This document shows, one piece after another, positions 16,985 through 27,987 of a DNA stretch of 64,000 bases (position 1 is the first letter of the stretch; each line of letters opens with the position of its first letter). The stretch spans positions 3,897 to 67,896 of the forward strand of contig JAFGPQ010000037.1 of NCBI GenBank assembly GCA_016936115.1, read 5' to 3'. The stretch is from Spirochaetales bacterium (lineage in GTDB: Bacteria; Spirochaetota; Spirochaetia; DSM-2461). The position numbers and the translations under genes are program-made. The notes beneath the pieces are model-generated. The model saw only the letters and a program-made list of their open reading frames with translations, was not told the DNA's origin and searched no databases.

Positions 16985-19202
16985 ACTCATCCATAATGGA
17001 GTTGAACAGGGGACTGGGTCTCATCAGGCGGGCCATGACTTCCTCGGAGGCACGGTAGTAGCCATCCATATCGGCCCCCTTTCCCTGAACCCGGTTCAGC
17101 TCTTCCACAATGTCCTCTTCCTTCGCGGCTAATTCCTGATAGAGGGGGGCGAAATTATCCCTCAACTCCCCGTCATCGTTCTGTTCCGCCAGGGCCTGGG
17201 CCCAGTAGAGAGCCAAATAGAAGTGGCTGCCCCGGTTATCCAGCTCCCCCGCCTTGCGGGAGGGACTTTTGCGGTTATCCAGCAGCCGGGAAGTACCCTG
17301 ATCCAGAGTCTTAGAAAGAACAGCCGCTTTGCCGTTGCCACCCAGGGCTATCTGCTCCAGGGAGACGGCCAGGGCCAGGAATTCCCCCAGGGAATCCCAG
17401 CGCAGATGATTCTCACTCAGGAACTGCTGAACGTGCTTGGGAGCCGATCCGCCGGCTCCGGTTTCATAGAGGCCGCCACCGTTCATGAGGGGCACCACGG
17501 AGAGCATCTTGGCGCTGGTTCCCACTTCCAGAATGGGAAAGAGATCGGTCAGGTAATCCCGGAGCACATTTCCCGTTACGGAGATGACATCATTACCGGC
17601 GGCAATCTCCTTCATGGATACCTGTGTCGCTTCCACTGGGGAGAGCACGGAGATATCCAGGCCCTGCGTATCATACTCAGGCAGGACGGCGGCGACTTTC
17701 TCCCGCAGGGCCCTGTCGTGGGCCCGGTTCTCATCGAGCCAGAAGATGGTTTTGCTTCCGGTCAGGCGGGCCCGGATCACAGCCAGCTTGATCCAGTCCC
17801 GGATGGGGGCGTCCTTGGCCTGGCACATGCGAAAGATATCCCCGGATCGAACCGGCTGTTCCAGTAGAATCCGGTCCCCTTCGCCCACGACCCGCACGGT
17901 CCCCTCGGAAGAGACGATGAAGGTCTTGTCGTGGGAACCGTACTCCTCCGCCTTCTGGGCCATGAGGCCCACATTGGCCACGCTTCCCATGGTAACCGGA
18001 TCAAAGGCGCCGTTTTCCCTGCAGAAGTCCACAGCCGCCTGATAGACCCCGGCGTAGGATCTGTCGGGAATAACCGCTTTCATATCCTGGGCCTTGCCCT
18101 CTTTGTTCCACATTTTTCCGGAGTTGCGGATGGCCGCGGGCATGGAGGCGTCGATGATAATGTCGCTGGGAACGTGAAAATTGGTAATACCCCGGTCCGA
18201 ATCGACCATGGCCAGGTCCGGCCCGGCAGCAAGGCAGGCATCCAGTTCCGCCCGGATGCTTCTCTGAACGTCATCGTTCAGGGATTCGATCTTCTTGAGC
18301 AGATCCCCCAGGCCATTGTTGGGATCCACTCCGGCGGCGGCCAGTTCCTTGCCGAACTTCTCAAAGAGGGGCGCGAAATAGACCGAAAGGGCATGGCCGA
18401 AGATGACAGGGTCGGAAACTTTCATCATGGTCGCCTTCAGGTGAAGGGAAAACAGCACTCCCTTTTCCCGGGCATCCTTTATCTGGGCGGCGTAGAATTC
18501 CCGCAGTTTCCGGCTGTCCATGACTGCAGCATCGATGATCTCACCTTCGAGCAGGGCCAGGCCCTCCTTGAGAACCTCCGTGGTGCCGTCAGCCTTTTTC
18601 AGCTCTATGCGCACCCGGTCGGCTTTTTCCAGGGTCAGGGACTTCTCGCTGCCGTAGAAATCGCCCTCCTCCATACTGGCCACGTGGGTCAGGGAGTCCT
18701 TAGACCAGGCCCCCATGGAGTGAGGATTCTTCCGGGCGAAATTCTTCACCGACAGGGGGGCCCGGCGGTCGGAATTCCCCTCCCTCAGGACGGGGTTCAC
18801 CGCGGAACCCTTGATCTTATCGTAACGGGCCCGGACGGCACTCTCTTCTTCACCGACGGGCTCTTCCGGGTAATCGGGCAGATCGTATCCCTTCTCCTGC
18901 AGCTCCGCTACCGCCGCCTTAAGCTGGGGAACGGAAGCGCTGATGTTGGGGAGCTTGATAATATTGGCTTCCGGCTCCTTTACCATTTTTCCCAGAAGGG
19001 CCAGGTCGTCGGGGATCCGCTGCTCCGGCTTCAGCCTCTCGGGAAAAGCGGCCAGAATCCGTCCGGCCAGGGAGATATCCTTCGTTTCCACCCCGATTCC
19101 CGCGCATCCCGCAAAGGCCCGGATAAGGGGAAGCAGGGACCGGGTGGCCAGGGCGGGGGCCTCGTCGGTAAGGGTATAGGTAATAATTGATTTTTCTGCC
19201 AT
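16965..19202 (-). CDS. icd: NADP-dependent isocitrate dehydrogenase, monomeric type
   Basis: 745 aa from [20 protein letters not shown], typical of the roughly 740-aa monomeric IDH. The ATG at 19202 is preferred over 19403. A TATAAT and SD lie upstream. Confidence 0.93.
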   Translation of the reverse strand: MAEKSIITYTLTDEAPALATRSLLPLIRAFAGCAGIGVETKDISLAGRILAAFPERLKPEQRIPDDLALLGKMVKEPEANIIKLPNISASVPQLKAAVAELQEKGYDLPDYPEEPVGEEESAVRARYDKIKGSAVNPVLREGNSDRRAPLSVKNFARKNPHSMGAWSKDSLTHVASMEEGDFYGSEKSLTLEKADRVRIELKKADGTTEVLKEGLALLEGEIIDAAVMDSRKLREFYAAQIKDAREKGVLFSLHLKATMMKVSDPVIFGHALSVYFAPLFEKFGKELAAAGVDPNNGLGDLLKKIESLNDDVQRSIRAELDACLAAGPDLAMVDSDRGITNFHVPSDIIIDASMPAAIRNSGKMWNKEGKAQDMKAVIPDRSYAGVYQAAVDFCRENGAFDPVTMGSVANVGLMAQKAEEYGSHDKTFIVSSEGTVRVVGEGDRILLEQPVRSGDIFRMCQAKDAPIRDWIKLAVIRARLTGSKTIFWLDENRAHDRALREKVAAVLPEYDTQGLDISVLSPVEATQVSMKEIAAGNDVISVTGNVLRDYLTDLFPILEVGTSAKMLSVVPLMNGGGLYETGAGGSAPKHVQQFLSENHLRWDSLGEFLALAVSLEQIALGGNGKAAVLSKTLDQGTSRLLDNRKSPSRKAGELDNRGSHFYLALYWAQALAEQNDDGELRDNFAPLYQELAAKEEDIVEELNRVQGKGADMDGYYRASEEVMARLMRPSPLFNSIMDEFSLRNN

Positions 19203-19362
19203 GTTACTATCCTGATAATTGTGTGATACGGAATTATACCCGAAACGGACCTCTTGGTTAAGTCTCCCGTCCCGGGGGAGTAACAGGGAGTGGTAAAAAA
19301 ACTTGCCAGAGGGGACGACCCCTGTTACCATGGAAGGAGACATCCCTCCGAGGAGCACAGCC

Positions 19363-20163
19363 ATGGGAACGGACAGAATACCGGAAAAGAGAAAGATCGG
19401 CAAAAAGGTCTACGAGAAGGAGCTTCATCTGCTGCAGCTGGAGCTGATCAAACTGCAGGAGTGGATCAAACTGAAGGGGCTCAAGGTGGTGGTTCTTTTC
19501 GAAGGACGGGACGCCGCGGGAAAGGGGGGAATCATCAACAGGATCTCCATGAACCTGAATCCCCGTATCTGCCATGTGGCCGCCCTGGGGAAACCGTCGG
19601 AACGGGAAGAGTCCCAGTGGTATTTTCAGCGTTACGTGCCCTACCTGCCCGCGAAGGGAGAGATGGTTCTCTTCGACCGGAGCTGGTACAACTGCGTGGG
19701 GGTAGACCGGGTCATGGGATTCACCACCCCGGACCAGTGGGAGGAGTTCTACCAGAGCTGCCCCGATTTCGAGGAGATGCTTATCCGGTCCGGTATTATT
19801 CTTATCAAATACTGGATTTCCGTCTCCGATGAGGAGCAGGAGAGGCGTTTCAGAGGGCGTATCGAGGATCCCACCAAGCGGTGGAAGATCAGCCCCATGG
19901 ATCTGAAGTCACGGATTCACTGGGATAAGTACTCAGAAGCCAAGGACATTATGTTCCAGTACTGCGACACGGAAAAATCTCCCTGGTACGTGGTTCCCGC
20001 GGACAATAAAAAGCTAGCCCGCCTGAACTGCATCAGCCATCTGCTGAGCATGATTCCCTACGAAAAGGTGCCCCATGAGCCGATTCCCCTGCCCGAGAGG
20101 GAATCATCGGGCTACAGGAGAATCGCCTACAGCACCCAGAAAATCATTCCCCAGAGATTTTAA
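19363..20163 (+). CDS. ppk2: polyphosphate kinase 2 (PPK2)
   Basis: Walker [12 protein letters not shown] and PPK2 lid motifs. The ATG at 19363 has GAGGAG 7 nt upstream, so it is preferred over TTG at 19303. Confidence 0.88.
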   Translation: MGTDRIPEKRKIGKKVYEKELHLLQLELIKLQEWIKLKGLKVVVLFEGRDAAGKGGIINRISMNLNPRICHVAALGKPSEREESQWYFQRYVPYLPAKGEMVLFDRSWYNCVGVDRVMGFTTPDQWEEFYQSCPDFEEMLIRSGIILIKYWISVSDEEQERRFRGRIEDPTKRWKISPMDLKSRIHWDKYSEAKDIMFQYCDTEKSPWYVVPADNKKLARLNCISHLLSMIPYEKVPHEPIPLPERESSGYRRIAYSTQKIIPQRF

Positions 20164-22015
20164 AGGATCCCACGTTCTTCTCAAGGCTTTCGGTGGCTTC
20201 GCTCAGCCGCCGGGCCTGTTCGTTCAGGGAGAGGGAGGATTCCATGACTTCCTTCGCGCCGATGCCCATCTCGCCCATGGCGGACTGATTCTCGCTGGAG
20301 ATCTGCAGGGCCCCTTCCAGGGCTTTGGTTACTTCGGCACGTTCCCCGTTCATCTGATGGGAGAGATCCCGCAGATTCCGGGAGTTGCTCTCAAGATCGT
20401 CCATAGCTCGGATGATTTCGCCGCTCCCCTCTTTGAGTTCTGAGACGCTTCCTTCGATCTCGCCCAGGGCGTTGACCACTTCATCGATGCCCCGGGTCAG
20501 GCTGCCGAAGGAGGACTGGGTCCGGCTGCCCCGTCGGGCGGCTTCCTCGATCTTGCCGATGATGTCCTTGATGTTGTCGTTGATCTGCTTGGAATTGGAC
20601 GAGGAGGTTTCCGCCAGTTTTCTGATCTCCTCGGCCACCACGGAGAACCCCCGTCCCGCTTCGCCGGCGTGGGCCGCTTCGATAGCCGCGTTCATGGCCA
20701 GCAGATTCGTGCGGGAAGCGATGCCCAGGATAACCTGGGTGATCTCCTTGATATTGTCGATACTGGAATCAATCTCCTGAATCCCGGCGATTGTCTCCTC
20801 TATGACTACCCTTCCCTCTTCGGCTTCCCGGTTCAGCTTGTCCGCCGATTCGATGCGCCGGTGGGCGATGTCGGCGATGCTTTCGATATTGGCGGACATT
20901 TCGGTCACCGCGGAGGAGGACTGCTGCTGCAGGCGGGCCTGTTCGTCAATGGCGTTGTCGATGTTCCGCACCGCCTCCCCCAGGCTGTCCATGGATCGGG
21001 AAACGTCGCCCATGTTGTTATCCAGATTCTGGGCGGACCGGGCGATGGATTCGATATTGCCGTTCATTTCGGTCATGGCGGCGGAACTTTGTTCCGATAC
21101 GGCGGAGAGCTGCTCCTTGATGGCCACAGTGCGGCTGGAGGATCCCGAGATGGAACGGATCAGCCCGGCCACGTTCGCCCGCACCTTGGACAGATCGAAA
21201 AGAAGACTGCCCAGTTCGTCCCGGGAGGTGATATTGGTCTCCTCGAAGGAGAAATCCCCTAGGGACATTTTATTCAGAATATCGCGGGAGAGGCCGATAC
21301 GATGCAGAATGCCGTCGAGCAGCATGATGACATTCATTACCGCCATAAAGACGCAAATGAGAAAGATGACCGATTGTTTGATGCGGATCTGATTGTAGAG
21401 GCCGAAGCCCCCGCCGAATTCGGCATGGTGGAGAATGATGAATTTCGTCCCGATCAGCGAAACGCCGTAAAGGCTGATCATGCACAGGAAGACCACCAGG
21501 GTGAACCGGGCCTTAAGGCTCAGGGACATATGCTTTTCAGAAAAGGGGATATGGCTGTTCTGCCTTTCGTAAAGGCGGATGAACAGGATATAGGGGGGCA
21601 TGCCGAAGAGCATTTCCAGAGAGAAGCAAAGCAGAATCTCCTCACTGATATACTCTTTCAGATTTCCCCGGGCATAGGCCACCACGATGCCGGCCAGTAC
21701 GCTGTAAATGATGGCACCAGCCAGGGGCAGGGTGGGGTATTTGACAAAGGTTCTCTGAAATTTCTCCAGATCCTCACCGGTCAGCTCCGGGGAATACCCC
21801 TTCATGAATCGGCTATTGCGAAAACACAGAACGAGCATGATCAGGGTAAATCCCCCGATATACGCATACATGACGGGGTTTCCCAGCAGAGTCATAACCC
21901 CCCTCGCTCCGTCTATATAAAACCTCATGCCGATGTTGGCCAGGACTGGGATCAGATATATCCCCAGAATCGCCGGCCATAGCTGACGCTGTTTCTTCTC
22001 CAGCTTTTTCCCCAT
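20144..22015 (-). CDS. methyl-accepting chemotaxis protein with a six-helix membrane N-terminal module
   Basis: 623-aa ORF. Six hydrophobic helices, a HAMP-like linker, and the conserved signalling hairpin [33 protein letters not shown]. Confidence 0.9.
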   Translation of the reverse strand: MGKKLEKKQRQLWPAILGIYLIPVLANIGMRFYIDGARGVMTLLGNPVMYAYIGGFTLIMLVLCFRNSRFMKGYSPELTGEDLEKFQRTFVKYPTLPLAGAIIYSVLAGIVVAYARGNLKEYISEEILLCFSLEMLFGMPPYILFIRLYERQNSHIPFSEKHMSLSLKARFTLVVFLCMISLYGVSLIGTKFIILHHAEFGGGFGLYNQIRIKQSVIFLICVFMAVMNVIMLLDGILHRIGLSRDILNKMSLGDFSFEETNITSRDELGSLLFDLSKVRANVAGLIRSISGSSSRTVAIKEQLSAVSEQSSAAMTEMNGNIESIARSAQNLDNNMGDVSRSMDSLGEAVRNIDNAIDEQARLQQQSSSAVTEMSANIESIADIAHRRIESADKLNREAEEGRVVIEETIAGIQEIDSSIDNIKEITQVILGIASRTNLLAMNAAIEAAHAGEAGRGFSVVAEEIRKLAETSSSNSKQINDNIKDIIGKIEEAARRGSRTQSSFGSLTRGIDEVVNALGEIEGSVSELKEGSGEIIRAMDDLESNSRNLRDLSHQMNGERAEVTKALEGALQISSENQSAMGEMGIGAKEVMESSLSLNEQARRLSEATESLEKNVGSFKISGE

Positions 22016-22133
22016 AGATGTGCTCCGAATCGATTTTTGTTCACATTATCGTCCCCTCCGGCCAATTTCGCAAGCACAATAATAAAATTCCGTTCCTATT
22101 GTGAGCTCCCTTCTTTCCTGTTAGGATGGGCTT

Positions 22134-22508
22134 ATGAATGGGAAATACCTCCGTATCGGAGCGGTTTTCTTCTGGCTGCTGACCATAGGCGTACTCTCTC
22201 TCCTGCCGGGAAAAACCTTTGAAGATCTGGGATACGATTTCTTCGGGGCCGATAAATTCGTCCATGCCGCTCTCTATTTTCTCCTGGCCTTCAGCCTGAT
22301 CAAAGCGGTGCCCTTTTCCGGAAAAACCGGTCCGGCCCTGCTGCTGGCCCTGGCCGCGTCTCTGGGATGGGGAGGGATGATGGAACTTCTGCAGGCTCAG
22401 AGTTTTATCATAGGCCGCTCAGCGGACTGGCGGGATCTGACGGCGAATCTCTTCGGATCCCTGTGTGCCCTGGTGCCATCCCTTATGAAACGGGGGAGAG
22501 TCCGTTGA
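22134..22508 (+). CDS. VanZ family membrane protein
   Basis: 124-aa ORF with four TM helices and a DKFVHA motif typical of VanZ-like proteins. Confidence 0.72.
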   Translation: MNGKYLRIGAVFFWLLTIGVLSLLPGKTFEDLGYDFFGADKFVHAALYFLLAFSLIKAVPFSGKTGPALLLALAASLGWGGMMELLQAQSFIIGRSADWRDLTANLFGSLCALVPSLMKRGRVR

Positions 22509-23569
22509 CCTGTCTTATCTGCCCCAACGGCTGCGGCCTTTCCTTCACAGAGAAGGAGGGCATTTTCCTGATGCGCGGCAACCGCTGCATCAGGGGCGTC
22601 CGTTTTATGGAGCGGCAGATGAAAAAGGAGGGAATGGATGGTGTATTCTCATCGGAAGAACCCTTTCTCCATTATAATGATGATGAGATATCCGCCCTAT
22701 TGAAGCTGTGGGACCGACAGCCGGAAGCTCTGGATGAGAAGAGATTCATTCAGGGAAGCCCGGAACGGTCCCTCTACCGTACGGTCGTTCTGAGCCGGGG
22801 AGAAAAGCTGATCCTGGAGCAGATTGAACCGGACCGGGCTGAAAACCATGAGAAAACCGCTCGCCGCCTGGAGCGGCTCTCCGAGCGGGGGCTTCCGGTG
22901 AATCCCTTTCTGCGGGGAACCGACGGGAACGCTATTCAGCGGGGCAGAGAGGAGCAGACCTGGCAGCTGTCCCGCCTGGTAGAGGGAACCGCCCTGAACC
23001 GGGAGACCTACTGGCGGGACGGCTGGCGGGGCGAAGCGCTGGGACAGTTCCTCTGCGCCCTATACGCCGCTGAGTCGCCGGACCCGCAGGAACCGGCGTT
23101 CGATCTTCCCGCCTTCATCAACGGTCTGATTGAAAAGATCGCCCTGAACCGTGGAGATCTGCTCGTCCCCCTGCTGCCGGTTCTTCACCGTCTTGAGGAG
23201 AATCTCTTTCCCCGGTACTCACAGATTCCGTCAGTTTTCGGTCACGGCGATCCCCATCCCCTGAATGTGATCTGGGGAAAGGACCGCCTGCTGGCCATGA
23301 TAGATTGGGAATTCTGCGGAACCAAACCCCTGCTCTATGATGCGTCCCTGATCATGGGCTGCGTCGGCTCGGAGAGCCCCGAAGCCTTTGACGGCCCCTT
23401 CAACCGGGCCTTCTACACACAGATAAAGGGGATCCTTACCGAGCCTAGTGGGGAACTGCTCCCCGATTTCATTCTGGCCCAGCGCTTCGCCTGGCTGAAC
23501 GAATGGCTCCGCCACGAGGACGAAGCCATGGTTCAGCAGGAGATCAGTTATATGAATATGCTTCTTTAA
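22505..23569 (+). CDS. fusion protein: DUF1667-like Cys motif plus an aminoglycoside/choline-kinase-like phosphotransferase domain
   Basis: The TTG start at 22505 overlaps the vanZ-like stop (TTGA), with SD GGGGGAG 6 nt upstream. N-terminus LTCLICPNGCGL..GNRCIRG; catalytic loop HGDPHPLNVIW and IDWEF. Confidence 0.62.
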   Translation: MTCLICPNGCGLSFTEKEGIFLMRGNRCIRGVRFMERQMKKEGMDGVFSSEEPFLHYNDDEISALLKLWDRQPEALDEKRFIQGSPERSLYRTVVLSRGEKLILEQIEPDRAENHEKTARRLERLSERGLPVNPFLRGTDGNAIQRGREEQTWQLSRLVEGTALNRETYWRDGWRGEALGQFLCALYAAESPDPQEPAFDLPAFINGLIEKIALNRGDLLVPLLPVLHRLEENLFPRYSQIPSVFGHGDPHPLNVIWGKDRLLAMIDWEFCGTKPLLYDASLIMGCVGSESPEAFDGPFNRAFYTQIKGILTEPSGELLPDFILAQRFAWLNEWLRHEDEAMVQQEISYMNMLL

Positions 23570-24965
23570 CCGAGTTTTCCTTCCAGTTTGTCCCTTCCAC
23601 AGGCACGGCATAGTTCAATCCCAGGGCTTTGAGAACAGCGGTGAGGATGAAATTGAAGGGCTTGTTGAAGTGGGGCAGAAAGTACACATCTGTCATGGCT
23701 ATCTCAGGAAGGGTCATCCCCTTCTGAATGGCCAGAGCCAGATAGTAGATCGATTCGGTATGGTTTTCCTTCCCGTAGGATCCGATCTGGGCTCCCACCA
23801 GACGCAGGGTCTCCTCTTCGTAGACCAGTTTGACACTCACCTTCTCATAGCTGTCCATAAACTCGGGCCGGTCATTGTCCCGGAAGTAGGAGCTATGCAC
23901 CTTAAGCCCCAGCTGCCGGGCGGCGTCCTCGCTCAGGCCGGTGGAGGAGAGCTTATTGCCGAAGACGCAGATGCCGTTGGTGCCCACCACGCTATCCAGT
24001 TTCACCGCATCCATTCCGTTAATCCGGCTGGCGGCGACAACACCGGTCTTTACCGCATTGGTGGCCAGGGCCACATTTTCATGGCGTCCCGTGGCGCTGT
24101 GGTAGATAGCCGCCGAATCACCCACCGCATAGATATCGGGAAGGGAGGTCTCCATGTATTCATTCACTTTTACCGCCCCGTTGGGAATCTTATCGGCTCC
24201 CTCCAGCAGTTCCGTATTGGGCTTGAACCCGATGCACTGAATAACCAGATCGGCGGGAAATTCCCCCTCCGTGGTAACCACGGAACTGACCTTGCCCCCG
24301 TTTCCCCGGTATTCGGTCACATCGGCCCCCAGAACCAGCTCTATGCCGTTATCTCTCATATCGGTCTGGAGACGGTCGGTAAACTCCCTATCAAAATAAC
24401 GGGGGACCACCCGCTCCAATCGGTCTATCAGGGTGACCCGCTTGCCCTTTTCATGATAAGCCTCGGCCAGCTCAATACCGATGTAACCCGCGCCTATAAC
24501 GGCTACACTTTTTATTGCGGGATCATTCGCCTTTTCGATCAGGGACTGGGCATGCTGGTAGAGCTTACAGATATCGATATTCTCCAGTTCCTTATTTTTA
24601 ATGGGGGGATCGATGGGCCAGGAACCTCCCGCATAGACCAGCTTGTCGTAGGTCTCGGTCAACTCCTCCCCGGTTCCCAGATTCTTCACGGTAATAAGCT
24701 TCCTGTCCCCATCCACCTTAATCACATCATGATTCATATAAACCGAAGCTCCCATCCCCTCAAGGGCGGGAACATCGGCGTAGAAAAGACTTTCCGGATC
24801 CTTAACCACTCCGCTCACTGTCAGGGCGATGCCGCATCCCAGGAAGGATATATTATCATTGCGGTCAAAGGCGATAACCCGGTTTTCCCTATTCTGAGCC
24901 AGCAGGGTCCTGATGACCGAGGTTCCGGCGTGATTGACTCCGATTACAACTATTTTCTGTGCCAT
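23544..24965 (-). CDS. FAD-dependent pyridine nucleotide-disulfide oxidoreductase, NADH oxidase/peroxidase or CoA-disulfide reductase family
   Basis: 473-aa ORF with IVVIGVNHAGTS, a redox Cys in SFLGCGIAL, and a second dinucleotide fold VAVIGAGYIGIELAE. Confidence 0.85.
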   Translation of the reverse strand: MAQKIVVIGVNHAGTSVIRTLLAQNRENRVIAFDRNDNISFLGCGIALTVSGVVKDPESLFYADVPALEGMGASVYMNHDVIKVDGDRKLITVKNLGTGEELTETYDKLVYAGGSWPIDPPIKNKELENIDICKLYQHAQSLIEKANDPAIKSVAVIGAGYIGIELAEAYHEKGKRVTLIDRLERVVPRYFDREFTDRLQTDMRDNGIELVLGADVTEYRGNGGKVSSVVTTEGEFPADLVIQCIGFKPNTELLEGADKIPNGAVKVNEYMETSLPDIYAVGDSAAIYHSATGRHENVALATNAVKTGVVAASRINGMDAVKLDSVVGTNGICVFGNKLSSTGLSEDAARQLGLKVHSSYFRDNDRPEFMDSYEKVSVKLVYEEETLRLVGAQIGSYGKENHTESIYYLALAIQKGMTLPEIAMTDVYFLPHFNKPFNFILTAVLKALGLNYAVPVEGTNWKENSVKEAYSYN

Positions 24966-25040
24966 GATTGTACTCCTTTCATATCTATAATTATTTATCT
25001 AATTAAACATAGCACAGAAAATTAGCTATTACTAGCTTTT

Positions 25041-26144
25041 TTATAGTATTTTTTTATCCATATCCAGAAATCCTTTTGCCTCCAGTAACTCCGCCGTATG
25101 AATTGCCCCGCCGGCGGCGCCCCTGACCGTGTTGTGGGAAAGGGCGGTAAAGCGGTAGCCCAGTACGGGACTTTTCTGCAGTCCCCCCAGGGTTACGGCC
25201 ATTCCCTTCCCCCTGTCCCGGTCGAGCCGAGCCTGGGGCCGGCGGTTGTCCCGGGTAAAACGAATCACCGGATGGGGCGCCGAGGGAAGCAGCAGCTCCT
25301 GCGGTTCTCCCCGGAAATGGCAAAGAGCTTCTTCCAGTTCTTCCAGTGAGGGCTGATCCCCTTCCACTGCAAACCAGACGCAGCTGGTATGGCCGTGCAC
25401 TACGGGAACCCGCAGACAGCTTGAAGAAATACGCAGATCATCTTCCGGTAGGATACGGCCGTCCTTCAGGGTTCCGAATATTTTCTGCGGCTCCCTAAAG
25501 GCCTCCTCCTCTTCCGAGGGCAGGGGAACCATGTTGTCTATCACATCCAGGGTGGACTGCCCCGGGTACCCCGCTCCGGAGAGGGCCTGCAGATTAGTGG
25601 TGATAATCTCTTTTATGACATAACCCGCCGACTTCAGGGCATGGATGGGAAGAGCGTAACTCTGGATACCGCAGTTTGGTTTGGTGACGATAAATCCCCT
25701 TTCCCAGCCTTCCCTTTTCCTCTGTTCGCCGATGACAGCCAGATGGCCCGGATTTACTTCGGGCATGATAATGGGGACGTTATCGGTCAGACGATGGGCG
25801 GAGTTATTGGAAACCAGGGGAACTCCGGCAGCGGCATATCCCCTTTCAATACGCCGGGTCTCATCCTTATTCGCACTGAAGGCGCTGAAGAGCAGGGCGC
25901 ACTCCCCGTATGGGGCCGAATCGTCACCGATGGTGTGAACCTTAAGCGACCTGATTCCTTCGGGAATCGGTTCGCCCATCCGCCAACGCCCGGTCACGGC
26001 GGATTCATAGGACCGGCCTGCCGATCGTTCCGAGGCGGCCAGGAAGGTCACCTCGAACAGGGGGTGATCCTGTAACAGGAGAAGATAATTCTGCCCCACC
26101 ATGCCGGTGGCGCCTAGAATCCCTACGGGGATTTTCCGTTTCAT
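25041..26144 (-). CDS. asd: aspartate-semialdehyde dehydrogenase
   Basis: MKRKIPVGILGATGMVGQ NAD fold, active-site region TKPNCGIQ, and a C-terminal SHNTVRGAAG. The ATG at 26144 is preferred over 26192. Confidence 0.9.
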   Translation of the reverse strand: MKRKIPVGILGATGMVGQNYLLLLQDHPLFEVTFLAASERSAGRSYESAVTGRWRMGEPIPEGIRSLKVHTIGDDSAPYGECALLFSAFSANKDETRRIERGYAAAGVPLVSNNSAHRLTDNVPIIMPEVNPGHLAVIGEQRKREGWERGFIVTKPNCGIQSYALPIHALKSAGYVIKEIITTNLQALSGAGYPGQSTLDVIDNMVPLPSEEEEAFREPQKIFGTLKDGRILPEDDLRISSSCLRVPVVHGHTSCVWFAVEGDQPSLEELEEALCHFRGEPQELLLPSAPHPVIRFTRDNRRPQARLDRDRGKGMAVTLGGLQKSPVLGYRFTALSHNTVRGAAGGAIHTAELLEAKGFLDMDKKIL

Positions 26145-26191
26145 AGCTGTACCTCCAGTGAATTTATCCGGCAACGCACCGGCGGAGGCCA

Positions 26192-26216
26192 TAAAAAACC
26201 CCGCCGGGAGGCGGGG
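26192..26216 (-). terminator. rho-independent terminator after amtB-glnK
   Basis: Minus strand reads CCCCGCC-TCCC-GGCGGGG followed by TTTTTTAT. Confidence 0.75.
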
Positions 26217-26347
26217 CTGGAATGCTTATATAAAGCCTGCCTAAAACCACCTCCGGTTCAAAAAAAGAGTAGGGGTTGTGGTGGTTTTTACGGCAATGCT
26301 TTGCATAGGGGGCATTTTTACAAATAATGGAGGTTTCGTCAAGCCTT

Positions 26348-26689
26348 TCAGCCTATGGCATCGGAACCTTCTTCTCCCGTTCTGATACGGATGCACTCTT
26401 CCAGGGGTTGAATGAAGATTTTCCCGTCCCCGATTTCTCCGGTACGGGCTCCCTCGATAATGGCATCTACCACGGGTCTGACGAATTCATCGTTAACGGC
26501 CACACGGATGCAGACCTTCTGCATCAGATTCACCTCATGGGTCTGTCCCCGATAGCTTTCGGTATATCCCATCTGCTTGCCGCAGCCTTTCACATGAAAA
26601 ACGGTCATCTTGGATACATCCCGCTTGCGCAGCTCTCTCTTAACCGGTTCCAGGCAATCGGGCTGAATAATGGCTTCTATCATTTTCAT
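26348..26689 (-). CDS. glnK: P-II nitrogen regulatory protein
   Basis: 113-aa ORF. MKMIEAIIQP..., a T-loop with YRG, and GDGKIFI. Directly downstream of the ammonium transporter gene. Confidence 0.93.
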   Translation of the reverse strand: MKMIEAIIQPDCLEPVKRELRKRDVSKMTVFHVKGCGKQMGYTESYRGQTHEVNLMQKVCIRVAVNDEFVRPVVDAIIEGARTGEIGDGKIFIQPLEECIRIRTGEEGSDAIG

Positions 26690-26705
26690 TTACACTACTC
26701 CTTTC

Positions 26706-27932
26706 CTACAGGGCTTCTTCGGGCTGGGATTCCACATGGTGAACGGCCAGGTCCGGACCGAGCAGTTCCTCCTGCTCCGTCAGCCTTATCCCAAAAGTCA
26801 TTTTCAGGACGCCGTAAACAAGAGCGCTGGCCGTAAAGGAGAGCAGGATCTGGGAAACCACCGGAATCAGCTGGGCCACGAAGGAGACGCCCCCCATGCC
26901 GCCGAAAAATTTCTGCCCGAAGATGCCCGCAGCCAGTCCACCCCAGGTTCCGCAGAGCCCGTGAAGGGGCCAGACTCCCAGGACATCGTCTATCTTAAGC
27001 ACTTCGGTCACAATATGGAAGCCGAAGACGAAGACGGCACCTGCCACGATCCCCACGAACAGGGCCGCCATGGGGTGGTACAGGTCGCTGCCGGCGCAGA
27101 CCGCCACCAGACCGGCCAGGGCGCCGTTGTGGGTGAATCCCGCATCATTGCGGGAGATGAGCATACCCGCCAGGATACCGCCGACCATGGCCATGAGGGA
27201 GTTGATGGCCACCAGGGCGCTCATGCCTCCCAGGTTTCCGGCGCTCATCACATTAAAGCCGAACCACCCCACGCAGAGGATCCAGCTGCCCAGAGCCAGA
27301 AAGGGAATGCTTGAAACACGGATGGGGGCGCTGGTGCCGTCCAGGCCGTAACGTTTGCGCCGGGGCCCCAGAATAAGGACTGCGGGAAGGGCCAGCCAGC
27401 CGCCCATGGAGTGAACCACCACGGAACCGGCGTAGTCGTGAAAGGCGTATCCGGTCAGGTTCTCCAGCCAGGAACCGGTGCCGAAGAGGGGAATCTGTCC
27501 CCAGGTCAGGGCCTCGAAGAAGGGGTAGACCAGACCGACGAAGACGGCTCCGGCCAGGGTATTGGTCCAGAATTTGGCTCTCTCCGCCACGCCGCCGGAT
27601 ATGATGGCGGGGATACAGGCGGCAAAGCCCAGAAGCAGGAAAAATCTCATCATCTCGCCGCTTCCCGTTGCCATAAGCTGATCCGCGCTCTGCCAGAAGT
27701 GAAAGGATTTCACCCCGTAGGCGATGGGAAACCCCACCACGAAATAGACAATAGTCGAGGTGGCCCATTCGAAAATAATCTTATTAAGGGCATTAACCTG
27801 ACTTTTCCTTCTGACCGATCCTACTTCGAGAAAGGCAAAACCGGCGTGCATGGAAAATATCATGACAGCACCCAGAAACAGGAAAAGCACATCCAGATTC
27901 CGGGCGGCTGTAAGAATTGAGTCTTCTATCAC
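26706..27932 (-). CDS. amtB: ammonium transporter
   Basis: 408-aa ORF with 11 TM helices and Amt signatures DYAGSVVVHSMGGW and GTWGGLAAGIF. Confidence 0.93.
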   Translation of the reverse strand: MIEDSILTAARNLDVLFLFLGAVMIFSMHAGFAFLEVGSVRRKSQVNALNKIIFEWATSTIVYFVVGFPIAYGVKSFHFWQSADQLMATGSGEMMRFFLLLGFAACIPAIISGGVAERAKFWTNTLAGAVFVGLVYPFFEALTWGQIPLFGTGSWLENLTGYAFHDYAGSVVVHSMGGWLALPAVLILGPRRKRYGLDGTSAPIRVSSIPFLALGSWILCVGWFGFNVMSAGNLGGMSALVAINSLMAMVGGILAGMLISRNDAGFTHNGALAGLVAVCAGSDLYHPMAALFVGIVAGAVFVFGFHIVTEVLKIDDVLGVWPLHGLCGTWGGLAAGIFGQKFFGGMGGVSFVAQLIPVVSQILLSFTASALVYGVLKMTFGIRLTEQEELLGPDLAVHHVESQPEEAL

Positions 27933-27971
27933 AACAAAACCTCCGCATTTTTTACATTTATGTGCAATTAT

Positions 27972-27987
27972 TATACCAAAAAGAACA
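27972..27987 (-). promoter_or_regulatory. TGGTATAATAATTGCA: a sigma54 -24/-12 match overlapping an extended -10 sigma70 box, 40 nt upstream of amtB
   Basis: The GG and GC dinucleotides have the canonical spacing (TGG-N8-TTGC). The same bases also read TGnTATAAT. SD GGAGG follows downstream. Confidence 0.5.

Noticed and set aside
22099-22127. TTGTGA-N17-TAGGAT located 6 nt before the vanZ-like ATG, as a further leaderless promoter.
   Set aside because: - The same bases (AGGATGGG) can serve as an ordinary SD 7 nt from the ATG.
- Both hexamers are weak, so this case was not counted in the leaderless set.
22367-22504. An ATG at 22367 as the start of the kinase-fusion gene.
   Set aside because: - It would overlap the vanZ-like gene by 142 nt in another frame, encoding a non-descript peptide.
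- The TTG at 22505 with a GGGGGAG SD and a TTGA overlap is a better fit.
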